From an uncultured Pelagibacteraceae bacterium (GTDB lineage Bacteria; Pseudomonadota; Alphaproteobacteria; Pelagibacterales; Pelagibacteraceae), in assembly GCA_902542855.1 (NCBI GenBank), contig CACBWE010000002.1:118-64117 (forward strand): a DNA stretch of 64,000 bases, in the 5' to 3' direction. Within the stretch, counting starts at the first letter, position 1. Each line of letters opens with the position of its first letter. This document shows, in pieces, positions 10,635 through 19,380 of this stretch. Under the pieces are notes generated by a model. That model was not told the DNA's origin. It was given only the letters and a program-made list of their open reading frames with translations, and did not search any database. Position numbers and translations under genes: made by a program.

Positions 10635-10811
10635 TTATTTTTTGTCAAAAAAGGCTTCATATAACATCATCGATATCGCAAGTATCATCAATATATAAAC
10701 TGGTAATACATCAAAGAAACCTATCATCATAGATCTAGTAAGCGTTGTTGCTAAACCTATAAGAAAAAAAATTGCAAAAGAAAGTCCTATTAGTGTTACA
10801 AGTTTATTCAT
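10635..10811 (-). CDS. Small two-TM membrane protein
   Basis: Hydrophobic ORF; the ATG at 10811 overlapping the amidase end is preferred over the longer track start. Confidence 0.7.
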   Translation of the reverse strand: MNKLVTLIGLSFAIFFLIGLATTLTRSMMIGFFDVLPVYILMILAISMMLYEAFFDKK

Positions 10812-12156
10812 TAAATTTCTCACTTTCCTTTTCAAGCCAACTGGACACTCCTAAGAAACGATTATCGTCATATTTCTCTCCAATAACTTGAATGCCTAAT
10901 GGTAAATTATTTTCGCCTTGAAGTAAAGGAAGTGAAATACAAGGCGTTCCTAGGTAAGACCAAACTTTATTAAAATCAGCTGATCCAGTGCTTTTAAGAC
11001 CCTTAAGAGCAACACCTGGGCTGGATGGTGATAAAACCCCGTGATAGTCCTCAAATACTTCTTTATAAGAATCATAGCTTCTTTTCATAAAATCTATTGC
11101 TTCAGCATATTCTCTTGCAGAATGTTTTCTTCCATTTGAAATTGCAGTTTGCATAATTTTTGAAAGTTTTGATTTATAATTTTTGTAATAATCACTAAAA
11201 TTATTAGCTAGATCAGTTTCATAAATTATTTGATGATATTTGTGTATATCTTTAAAATAAGATGGAGTATCATGAACTTCAATATTTTTTTTAAATGACT
11301 TTATAAAATATTCAAAAGCTTCCTTAGATTTTTTATCAATTGCTTTCCAAAATTCAGTTTTATAAAATATGAACTTGGGTTCATATAAAGGACCTTTTTT
11401 TACAGCGTCGACCATATTATTTGAAGAATAATAAACAGTAGCAGGGTCATGGGAGTCTTTTTTAATTAACTCTTTAACTAAATAAGCTATGTCCTCGACT
11501 GTTTTTCCAAAAACTCCTAAATGGTCAAGTTTTTCGGAAGTCTTTAATACTCCATTTCTAGAAATCAAACCAAATGAAGGTTTGTATCCAACAACACCAC
11601 AATAAGATGCTGGTCTAATTATTGAGCCACCAGTTTGTGATCCTATTGAAAGTGGAGCCATATAAGATGCGATAACTGCAGCAGAACCACTTGATGATCC
11701 TCCTGGTGTTCGTGAATAATCATGTGGGTTTTTTGTTTTGGAGGGATTTAAATATGCTAATTCTGTAGTAACTGTTTTACCCATCACAATAGCTCCTGAA
11801 GAAGTTAATAAATCAACTATTTCAGCATTCTGTGAATAAGATTTACCTTTTCGTATTGGAGTACCACATTCAGTTGGCATATCAAGAGTTCCAACAATAT
11901 CTTTAACAGCTACAGGAATACCATGTAGTGGACCAATGGGTTTTCCAGATTTTTTGTAAGAATCTGACTCTTTGGCTTTTTCTAATAATAATTCTTTATC
12001 AAAAAAGGCCCATGCATTTATATCTTTTTCAAACTTATTAATTCTCTCAATATATGCTTCACATATTTCGACAGAAGTAATTTGAGAATTTGAAATTTTA
12101 TTTATTAATTCTTGAACAGAAAAATTTACAATTTCATTCATCAAGTTAGTTAGCAA
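10804..12156 (-). CDS. Amidase-signature family enzyme
   Basis: GIPVAVKD, TPGGSSSGSAA and GSQTGGSIIRPASYCG (Lys-cisSer-Ser triad). Confidence 0.92.
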   Translation of the reverse strand: MLTNLMNEIVNFSVQELINKISNSQITSVEICEAYIERINKFEKDINAWAFFDKELLLEKAKESDSYKKSGKPIGPLHGIPVAVKDIVGTLDMPTECGTPIRKGKSYSQNAEIVDLLTSSGAIVMGKTVTTELAYLNPSKTKNPHDYSRTPGGSSSGSAAVIASYMAPLSIGSQTGGSIIRPASYCGVVGYKPSFGLISRNGVLKTSEKLDHLGVFGKTVEDIAYLVKELIKKDSHDPATVYYSSNNMVDAVKKGPLYEPKFIFYKTEFWKAIDKKSKEAFEYFIKSFKKNIEVHDTPSYFKDIHKYHQIIYETDLANNFSDYYKNYKSKLSKIMQTAISNGRKHSAREYAEAIDFMKRSYDSYKEVFEDYHGVLSPSSPGVALKGLKSTGSADFNKVWSYLGTPCISLPLLQGENNLPLGIQVIGEKYDDNRFLGVSSWLEKESEKFNE

Positions 12157-13507
12157 ATAATTGATCAGGTAACCACAAAGCTATACCTGGAAATAAATAC
12201 ATTAAAACCATTCCAAAAATAACAATCGCTAAGAATGGCATGATGCCTTTAAATACCTCAATTAATTCAACATTTTTAGATTGTACACCTTTTAAGTAAT
12301 AAGCCGACATGGCCATGGGGGGGGTTAAAAATGATGTTTGTAAATTTAAAGCAATTAACATTGCAAAAAAATAAGGGTTAACTCCAAAAAATTCTACTAA
12401 AGGTAAAAATATTGGAACAAATATAATTAATATTTCTGTCCACTCTAATGGCCAGCCTAATAAGAAAATTATAATTTGTGTAATGACTAAAAATTGCCAA
12501 GGTTGTATGTTCATTGATTTAAAAAAATGCTCAAATACTTCATGACCTCCTAAATATGAAAATACTGAAGCAAACGTCCAAGATCCAATAAACAACCACA
12601 TAATCATTGCGGTAGTTTTTGCAGTAAGAAATACTGACTCTTTAAAATTTTTCCATTTTAGTGATTTATAAAAGAAAGATAAAACTAACGCTCCAAAAGC
12701 TCCAACACCTGCAGCTTCTGCTGGGGTAGCTAAGCCAGCAAGAATGCTTCCTAAAACTAATATGATTAATGAAAATAATGGTAAGAATGAAACCAAAACT
12801 TCTTTTAAAATTACTGATCTTGGTGGAATTTCTTCTTTAGGAGGCTTAGGTGCAACTGATGGATTAAAATAAGCCAAAATAATTGCATATAAAATATATA
12901 AACCTGCTAACATCAAACCAGGAAATATTGCTGCTGCAAATAATCTTAGTGGAGATAACTGAGCTATTACTGCATAAACAATAAGCATAATGCTAGGAGG
13001 AATTAAAATTCCTAAACATCCTCCAGCACATATTACTCCTGATGCAAATTTTTTATCATAACCAGCTTTGACCATTGCAGGCCAAGCAAGCAAACCCATT
13101 AAAGTCACAACTGCTCCAATTATACCCGTTGCTGTAGAAAATAAAGTGCAAGTAACTAGGGCAGCAACTGCCATTGATGCTGGAAGAGAATGAGATGCAA
13201 GTCTTATGGCATAAAATAATCTTGCAACTATGCCTGCTCTTTCAACTAAATATCCCATAAATAAAAACAAAGGTACGGCGGTGAGGACATGGTTATCCAT
13301 CACGGAGTAGGTATTTGAAACAAATAAGTTAAATATCCTATTATCTAATAGATGATCCATTCTTGACGGATCAAAATATGCGTAATACCCAAATCCTAAA
13401 CCCATTGCCATTAAAGTAAATGCAATAGGAAATCCGAGTAATACAGCAAACAGAAATATCACCATCATTAAAATAGCAATTTCTGGATTTGTTAAACTAA
13501 ACAACAT
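12146..13507 (-). CDS. dctM: TRAP large permease DctM
   Basis: AVPLFLFMG, LGILIPPS, NLQTSFLTPP. Confidence 0.93.
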   Translation of the reverse strand: MLFSLTNPEIAILMMVIFLFAVLLGFPIAFTLMAMGLGFGYYAYFDPSRMDHLLDNRIFNLFVSNTYSVMDNHVLTAVPLFLFMGYLVERAGIVARLFYAIRLASHSLPASMAVAALVTCTLFSTATGIIGAVVTLMGLLAWPAMVKAGYDKKFASGVICAGGCLGILIPPSIMLIVYAVIAQLSPLRLFAAAIFPGLMLAGLYILYAIILAYFNPSVAPKPPKEEIPPRSVILKEVLVSFLPLFSLIILVLGSILAGLATPAEAAGVGAFGALVLSFFYKSLKWKNFKESVFLTAKTTAMIMWLFIGSWTFASVFSYLGGHEVFEHFFKSMNIQPWQFLVITQIIIFLLGWPLEWTEILIIFVPIFLPLVEFFGVNPYFFAMLIALNLQTSFLTPPMAMSAYYLKGVQSKNVELIEVFKGIMPFLAIVIFGMVLMYLFPGIALWLPDQLFAN

Positions 13508-14081
13508 CTATTTTTTCTTCCTCTTTAGATTTTCTCATTAAAATTTTTTCAGTTTCTTCAGCACCGGCATCTCTCTCTGGCCAATGTCCTGTTCTAATAC
13601 AAATAATTGCTCTAAATACTTCACTAATTCCTTGGAGTGTAAGAAGTATGCCTGATAAAGGTATTAATGATTTTGCCATATAAATTTGAATTTGTGCTGG
13701 ACTATTCCAACTTGTTTCTTTCACCATCCATGCTTTAGCTGCATATTCATATCCATAAAATGCAAGTGCAATCACCCCTGGAAAAAAGAAGATGAAATAT
13801 AATATTAAATCAATCCATCCTTGAACTTTAGTTGGGAACAATCTGTAAATAACATCTCCTCTAACATGAGCTTCTGTTGCTAAAGTGTAAGCTCCAGCCA
13901 TCATAAATATCGCTCCATACATTTGTAAACTGAAATCAAAATTCCATAAAGTAGGAGCATTAAATGCGTAAGCCATGATAACCTCATAACATGTTCCTCC
14001 CATCAAAATTACTATGCACCATGAGAAGGCTTTACCCATTGAGGTACTAAGAGTATCTGCAAATTTTATATAAGAGTACAT
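13497..14081 (-). CDS. dctQ: TRAP small permease DctQ
   Basis: Four TMs, HVRGDVIY motif, operon position. Confidence 0.9.
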   Translation of the reverse strand: MYSYIKFADTLSTSMGKAFSWCIVILMGGTCYEVIMAYAFNAPTLWNFDFSLQMYGAIFMMAGAYTLATEAHVRGDVIYRLFPTKVQGWIDLILYFIFFFPGVIALAFYGYEYAAKAWMVKETSWNSPAQIQIYMAKSLIPLSGILLTLQGISEVFRAIICIRTGHWPERDAGAEETEKILMRKSKEEEKIDVV

Positions 14082-14127
14082 ATTTAACTAACTTATCTTA
14101 ATTTTCTTAATTAATTCAATTAAAAAA

Positions 14128-14149
14128 AAGGGGGCTAAAAAGCCCCCTT
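14128..14149 (-). terminator. Intrinsic terminator-like hairpin after the second dctP
   Basis: AAGGGGGCT-aaaa-AGCCCCCTT stem with a long U tract on the minus strand. Confidence 0.85.
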
Positions 14150-14170
14150 AATTTTTTATATATTTAAACC

Positions 14171-15328
14171 TTAGATTTTAACTTTCGCTAACGGACCAAA
14201 CTCATTTTCATAAGCAAGTCTGTAGTTCGGCTGATTCATTAGTAAGTATTTCATTACTCTTTTCGCGTAAGCTTTTTGTGAATCAACAATCTTCTTAAAG
14301 AATGGATCTTTAGAAGAGAAATCACCTACAACTTTATCCCAACCTTTTAACTGCTCTGCTAAAATTGCATCTGAGGTTTGGTAAACGTTTACTTTATGCT
14401 CATTCATCAATTTAGATAAATCAGCTGAGTATCTTACCAAAGCTTTAAAGTAGTTAGCAGTATTTGCTGCATACGAAGCATTTTTTAATATTGCTTGGTT
14501 TGCAGGAGATAAGCTATTAAATGTTTTTTTGTTAATAGGTATTTCAAACATCTCCTGAGATTGGTGGAAAGATCCTAAGTGATAATGCTTAGAAACATCT
14601 TGCATACCAAATTGAGAGTCTGAAGTTGGGTTGTTAAACTCAGCAGCTTCAATCAAACCAGTTTTCATTGCAGGCTGAATTTCGCCACCTGGTAATTGTC
14701 TAACTACCATACCCATTGCAGTAAGAACGTTAGTTGCAAGACCAACTGTTCTATACTTCATACCTTTAACATCACTTACTTTAGTTACGTTCTTTTTGAA
14801 CCAACCAAATGGTTGAGCTGGCATAGGCATCGCAAAAACACCAACATAGTCATACCCAACTTTTGCTAATGTTTCTTCATACAATGCTCTTCCACCACCT
14901 TCTTCCATCCAAGCCATTACTTCTTGAGATGATAGACCGTATGATGGGCCAGTTCCGAAAAGAGACGCGGCAGGATTTTTTCCATACCAATAAGCAGTAA
15001 CCCAGTGTCCCATATCAAGAACACCATCACTTACAGCTTGTCCAATTTCTCCAGTTTTTACAACTGCCCCAACAGGCTGAAGATCAATTTTTAAACTTCC
15101 ACCTGACATGTCTCCAACCATTTTGGCATAGTCTCCAGCCATTTCAAAAAAGATGTTAGCACCTGATGGCCATGCTGCTTGCATCTTTAATGTTTGCGGA
15201 GCACCAAAAGCAACATTTGGCATTGCTACAGCTGTTGCTGCGGCTGCACCAGTTGCTGCTGCGGCTTTGAAGAACTTTCTTCTTGAAGGAGTTTTAGAAC
15301 CCTTCAATGATTTTTTATTTTTAATCAT
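14171..15328 (-). CDS. dctP: TRAP substrate-binding protein DctP (Tat-exported)
   Basis: SRRKFFK Tat motif, KGMKYRTVGLA, GLIEAAEFNNPTSD. Confidence 0.92.
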   Translation of the reverse strand: MIKNKKSLKGSKTPSRRKFFKAAAATGAAAATAVAMPNVAFGAPQTLKMQAAWPSGANIFFEMAGDYAKMVGDMSGGSLKIDLQPVGAVVKTGEIGQAVSDGVLDMGHWVTAYWYGKNPAASLFGTGPSYGLSSQEVMAWMEEGGGRALYEETLAKVGYDYVGVFAMPMPAQPFGWFKKNVTKVSDVKGMKYRTVGLATNVLTAMGMVVRQLPGGEIQPAMKTGLIEAAEFNNPTSDSQFGMQDVSKHYHLGSFHQSQEMFEIPINKKTFNSLSPANQAILKNASYAANTANYFKALVRYSADLSKLMNEHKVNVYQTSDAILAEQLKGWDKVVGDFSSKDPFFKKIVDSQKAYAKRVMKYLLMNQPNYRLAYENEFGPLAKVKI

Positions 15329-15359
15329 TTCTTCTCCTCTAGTTAATTAACTGAGGGAA

Positions 15360-15388
15360 AGTAAAACATAGTTTCATATTAGAGTCTT
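15360..15388 (-). promoter_or_regulatory. Putative sigma70 promoter of the second TRAP operon
   Basis: AAGACT-N17-TTTACT, then AGTTAATTAACT and a GAGGAG RBS; parallels 10543-10571. Confidence 0.55.
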
Positions 15389-15460
15389 TCTAAAAAGATG
15401 CACAGATTGTCACTATTTAAAGCTAATTAAATTTTTTTACAATCCTGAGTAGAAATTTAC

Positions 15461-16534
15461 TTAAATCAATTTGTTATTTTGGTACACACAACATTTTTCG
15501 GGAGGAAAATGTAATTTTACCTTATCATTAGCAATTTCAATCTCTCTATTGATTTTCGACTTTATTGTTAGTTGACCCATTCTTGTGGTTAATAGTTTGA
15601 AGTTTCCAAAGTCTTCTATTTTTTGAATATTAACTTCTACCAAATTCTCGCTTTCATCTTTTGCTACTTTTACAAATTCTGATCTAATTCCTAGTTTTAT
15701 ATTGTTATTTTTCAATTTTGATAAATTTGTATTTGTTTTTATTGTTGTGTCGTTAATTTTTACACTATTGTCTGTGTGTAATTGGGTTTCAAATAAATTC
15801 ATTGCAGGAGAACCAATAAAATAGCCAACAAAAGTAGTTTTAGGTCTTTCAAATAAATCTTTGGGGAGCCCAACCTGAACTATTTCGCCTTGATCCATTA
15901 CAATAATATTGTCAGCAAATGTCATCGCTTCATTTTGATCATGAGTAACATATACTAATGTTGTTTTATATTCTTCATTAATTTCTTTTAAATTTCTTCT
16001 CAATCTAAATTTTAAGTCTGGATCAATTACTGTTAATGGTTCATCCATTAATACAGCAGCTACATCTTCTCTCACTAATCCTCTTCCTAATGAAATGAGT
16101 TGTTTTTGATCTGCTGTGAGTTTCCTTGCGGGCATGTTAAGAAATGAAGAAAGATTTAATGTTTCAGATACAGATTGAACTCTCTCCTCAATTTTATTCT
16201 TTTCAAAATCTCGACACTTTAACGGGAACGCTAAATTATCATATACTGACATTGTGTTGTAAATTACCGGAAACTGAAATACTTGCGAAATATTTCTAGT
16301 TTCAGTTTTTTGGTTAGTTACATCTTCATTATCAAACAGTATCCTGCCTTGAGTAGGCTTTATTAAGCCTGATACAATATTTAACATAGTTGTTTTTCCA
16401 CAACCAGATGGTCCAAGTATTGCGTAACGTTTACCATTTTCCCATGTCATCGAAAATGGATTTAGAGCATAAGTAGGTTCTAAATCTTTTGGATTATAAG
16501 TATGTGAGATATTTGATAGATCTATTTTAGCCAT
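15461..16534 (-). CDS. Carbohydrate/polyol ABC ATPase (GlpT/MalK-like)
   Basis: GPSGCGKT, degenerate signature LTADQKQ, VLMDEP, VTHD, TOBE-like C-terminus. Confidence 0.92.
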   Translation of the reverse strand: MAKIDLSNISHTYNPKDLEPTYALNPFSMTWENGKRYAILGPSGCGKTTMLNIVSGLIKPTQGRILFDNEDVTNQKTETRNISQVFQFPVIYNTMSVYDNLAFPLKCRDFEKNKIEERVQSVSETLNLSSFLNMPARKLTADQKQLISLGRGLVREDVAAVLMDEPLTVIDPDLKFRLRRNLKEINEEYKTTLVYVTHDQNEAMTFADNIIVMDQGEIVQVGLPKDLFERPKTTFVGYFIGSPAMNLFETQLHTDNSVKINDTTIKTNTNLSKLKNNNIKLGIRSEFVKVAKDESENLVEVNIQKIEDFGNFKLLTTRMGQLTIKSKINREIEIANDKVKLHFPPEKCCVYQNNKLI

Positions 16535-17606
16535 TCTTAATCCTGTATGGTGATGAGATTAATTTTCCATCTTCTGCAAAAACATAAAATTTATCAGAAT
16601 TGAACTCAACTTTTACTTTTTCATGAATTTTAAAATTCATAACTTCTTCGATCAATGCAATAACTTTTGTACTTCCTCTTTTTAAATGTAATAATGTTTC
16701 TGACCCACTTATTTCTGCTAACTCTATTTCAAATTCCTCACCACTGTCATCAAGCTTAATTTCTGAAGATCTAATTCCAAAATTATAATTTTTATTATCT
16801 AATTGAGATAAATGTTTTGGTAGTTTGATGTTGATATTTTCGAAAGTAATTTTACCATCAATTTTTAAGCCATTTATAATATTCATCGGAGGATCATTTG
16901 AAATTTCAGCTACTTTGAGGTTAATTGGATTTTCAAAAATATCTTTAGCTGGACCTGTTTGTAAAACTTTACCCTCATCAAGTACAATTACCTCTCCATT
17001 TAATTCCATAACTTCTTGTGGGTCAGTGGTTGAGTAAATTAAAATAGTCTCATTAGCCAATCCCTCATTAAATATGGTTTTAAATTCCTCTCTAAGTTGT
17101 TCACGAAGTTTATAATCAAGGTTAACAAGAGGTTCGTCTAATAATAAGATTTTTGCTTTTTTCGCGAGTGATCTTGCTAATGCTACCCTTTGTTGCTGTC
17201 CACCAGACAATTCTTGGATTTTTCTATTTTCAAAACCTACTAAACCAACCGTTTTTAAAGCATCGTCAACGTTCTTTTTTATATCTTCCTCATTTAATTT
17301 TCTCTGTTTTAGTGGAAATGAAATATTTTCATAAACACTCAAATGAGGGTAATTTATAAATTGCTGATAAACCATAGCAACATTTCTTTCCCATACTGGC
17401 ACTTTGCTAAAATTTTTATCTTCAAAATTTATATTTCCACTATCCGGATTTAATAAACCAGCTATTGTCTTTAATAGTGTTGTTTTGCCAGACAATGTAC
17501 GTCCAAGAATAGTATAAAGTCTCCCTTTTTCGAAATTAAAAGAAACATCATTAAGATGGTACTGATCATCAGGTTTGTAAGTTAAATTTTTTGCAACCAG
17601 ATTCAT
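16527..17606 (-). CDS. Carbohydrate/polyol ABC ATPase (GlpS/MalK-like)
   Basis: GRTLSGKT, LSGGQQQR, LLLDEP. Confidence 0.92.
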   Translation of the reverse strand: MNLVAKNLTYKPDDQYHLNDVSFNFEKGRLYTILGRTLSGKTTLLKTIAGLLNPDSGNINFEDKNFSKVPVWERNVAMVYQQFINYPHLSVYENISFPLKQRKLNEEDIKKNVDDALKTVGLVGFENRKIQELSGGQQQRVALARSLAKKAKILLLDEPLVNLDYKLREQLREEFKTIFNEGLANETILIYSTTDPQEVMELNGEVIVLDEGKVLQTGPAKDIFENPINLKVAEISNDPPMNIINGLKIDGKITFENINIKLPKHLSQLDNKNYNFGIRSSEIKLDDSGEEFEIELAEISGSETLLHLKRGSTKVIALIEEVMNFKIHEKVKVEFNSDKFYVFAEDGKLISSPYRIKNG

Positions 17607-18454
17607 TATTTTAAGGCTCCTGATAAATTTCCTTTAGACAAATATCTTTCAACAACAAAAGCGACTATTATAAGTGGAGCCACAGATATTAAGGCAGATG
17701 CAGATAAACTCCACCAAGGCGTAATAGAAGAATTTAGAGCTACCACTTTGACTGGTAATAATTGCACTTCAGTAAAAGTTAAAATAAAAGCAAAAAAGAA
17801 GTCAATCCAACCAAATATTATACAAAACATACCAGCAACAATTAACCCAGGGATGGAGTTTGGTAAAACTACTTTATAAAAGGCTTGATAAGGATTACAT
17901 CCATCAATAAGTGCAGTTTCATCTAACTCTTTTGGAACTCGGTTAAAAAAATCTACCATGATCCAAACTGCAATAGGCATTAAAAGAACTATATAAACTA
18001 CTACTAGTCCTATCAAACTATCTAATAATCCTATTGTGCTTAAAAATATAAAGAAGGGAATTGATAAAACAATGGGCGGCATTATTCTTTGCGATATAAA
18101 GAAGAAAGTAATATCGTTATTTCTGACAAAACCAGCTTTAAAAGTAAATCTTGATAAAGCATAAGCTGCCAAAGTTCCTAAAACTATGCTTATTAAACTT
18201 GCTGTACATGTTACAAAAAGACTATTAAAGTAAGGTTCAACAATATCCACCCCACCTCTTGCAGGTGATTTAACTAATACACGCCATCCTTCAAGTGTTG
18301 GTTCAAAATCTAACCAGGGAATGTAAGTAACCTTACTGTTTACTGACTGGAAATCTTTAAAAGAAGTAGAGATAGCCCACAGAAAAGGAGCTACAATAAA
18401 AACTGTCCAAAGAATAATAAAAGTATATTTTAAAAATTTGTATAGTTTTTCCAT
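17606..18454 (-). CDS. Carbohydrate ABC permease (MalG-like)
   Basis: EAA loop ELDETALIDG, six TMs. Confidence 0.92.
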   Translation of the reverse strand: MEKLYKFLKYTFIILWTVFIVAPFLWAISTSFKDFQSVNSKVTYIPWLDFEPTLEGWRVLVKSPARGGVDIVEPYFNSLFVTCTASLISIVLGTLAAYALSRFTFKAGFVRNNDITFFFISQRIMPPIVLSIPFFIFLSTIGLLDSLIGLVVVYIVLLMPIAVWIMVDFFNRVPKELDETALIDGCNPYQAFYKVVLPNSIPGLIVAGMFCIIFGWIDFFFAFILTFTEVQLLPVKVVALNSSITPWWSLSASALISVAPLIIVAFVVERYLSKGNLSGALK

Positions 18455-19320
18455 TATTCTTTAATCATTAATTTTGTTAAAACCTTTGCAATGATCGTTA
18501 AACTTATGATCATTATAACTAAATACGTAAAAGAAAGAGTTGCAGCGTAACCCATTTGAAACTCCCTTAAGCCTTTAATATAAATATAAAAACTTGAAGT
18601 TTCTGTTGCTGTACCTGGTCCTCCAGAAGTTAATACAAAAACTGTATCCATTATCTTTGAAGCCTCAATTAATCTAATAATAATTGCCCCTATTGATATC
18701 GGCGCCATAAGTGGGAAGGTAACATATACAAACTTTCTAAAAGGACTTGCGCCATCTATTGCAGCGGCTAAAAAAGGTTCTTTTGGAAGAGACAATAAAC
18801 CTGCAAGTAACAATAAAAACATAAATGGGGTCCACTGCCAAACTTCAACAATAATTACAGTAAATTTAGCAATAACTGGATCACTGAGCCATAAAATAGG
18901 CTTTACTCCTAAGTTTCCCAAAAGATCATTTACAGGACCAAGAGACTCATGAAAAAAAGTTCTCCAAATTACTGTCATAATTACAGGAGTAGTCATCATA
19001 GGAATCAAGAAAATGACTCTGAAGAATCTTTTAAATTTAATTTCTCTCCACACTATAAGTGCTAATGCAAAACCAATAATGTATTGAAGAATAACTGTAG
19101 TAACTGATAAAAAACTAAGTCTAAAAAAAGACTCCCAAAATCTAGGGTCATCAGTAAAAAGTCTAATATAATTTGTAATTCCTATAAAATTCATTTCAGG
19201 TGTATAACTATTCCAGCCTGATAAACTTAATCTGATAGTAAAAATAATTGGAAAAATCAGTATTCCTATAAGCACAAATAAGCCAGGAAATAAAAAAACA
19301 TACTTGTGCTTAAAATTCAT
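18454..19320 (-). CDS. Carbohydrate ABC permease (MalF-like)
   Basis: WQWTPFMFLLLLAGL, AAAIDGAS, TSGGPGTATE. Confidence 0.92.
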   Translation of the reverse strand: MNFKHKYVFLFPGLFVLIGILIFPIIFTIRLSLSGWNSYTPEMNFIGITNYIRLFTDDPRFWESFFRLSFLSVTTVILQYIIGFALALIVWREIKFKRFFRVIFLIPMMTTPVIMTVIWRTFFHESLGPVNDLLGNLGVKPILWLSDPVIAKFTVIIVEVWQWTPFMFLLLLAGLLSLPKEPFLAAAIDGASPFRKFVYVTFPLMAPISIGAIIIRLIEASKIMDTVFVLTSGGPGTATETSSFYIYIKGLREFQMGYAATLSFTYLVIMIISLTIIAKVLTKLMIKE

Positions 19321-19345
19321 AATTGCAATTTTTGGATTTTGTTAG

Positions 19346-19372
19346 TTGTGGCCGTCGTTATGACGGCCACAA
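19346..19372 (-). other. GC-rich intercistronic hairpin after the SBP gene (probable mRNA stabiliser)
   Basis: TTGTGGCCGTC-gttat-GACGGCCACAA 11-bp stem without a U tract on the coding strand. Confidence 0.7.
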
Positions 19373-19380
19373 AGTATTTT

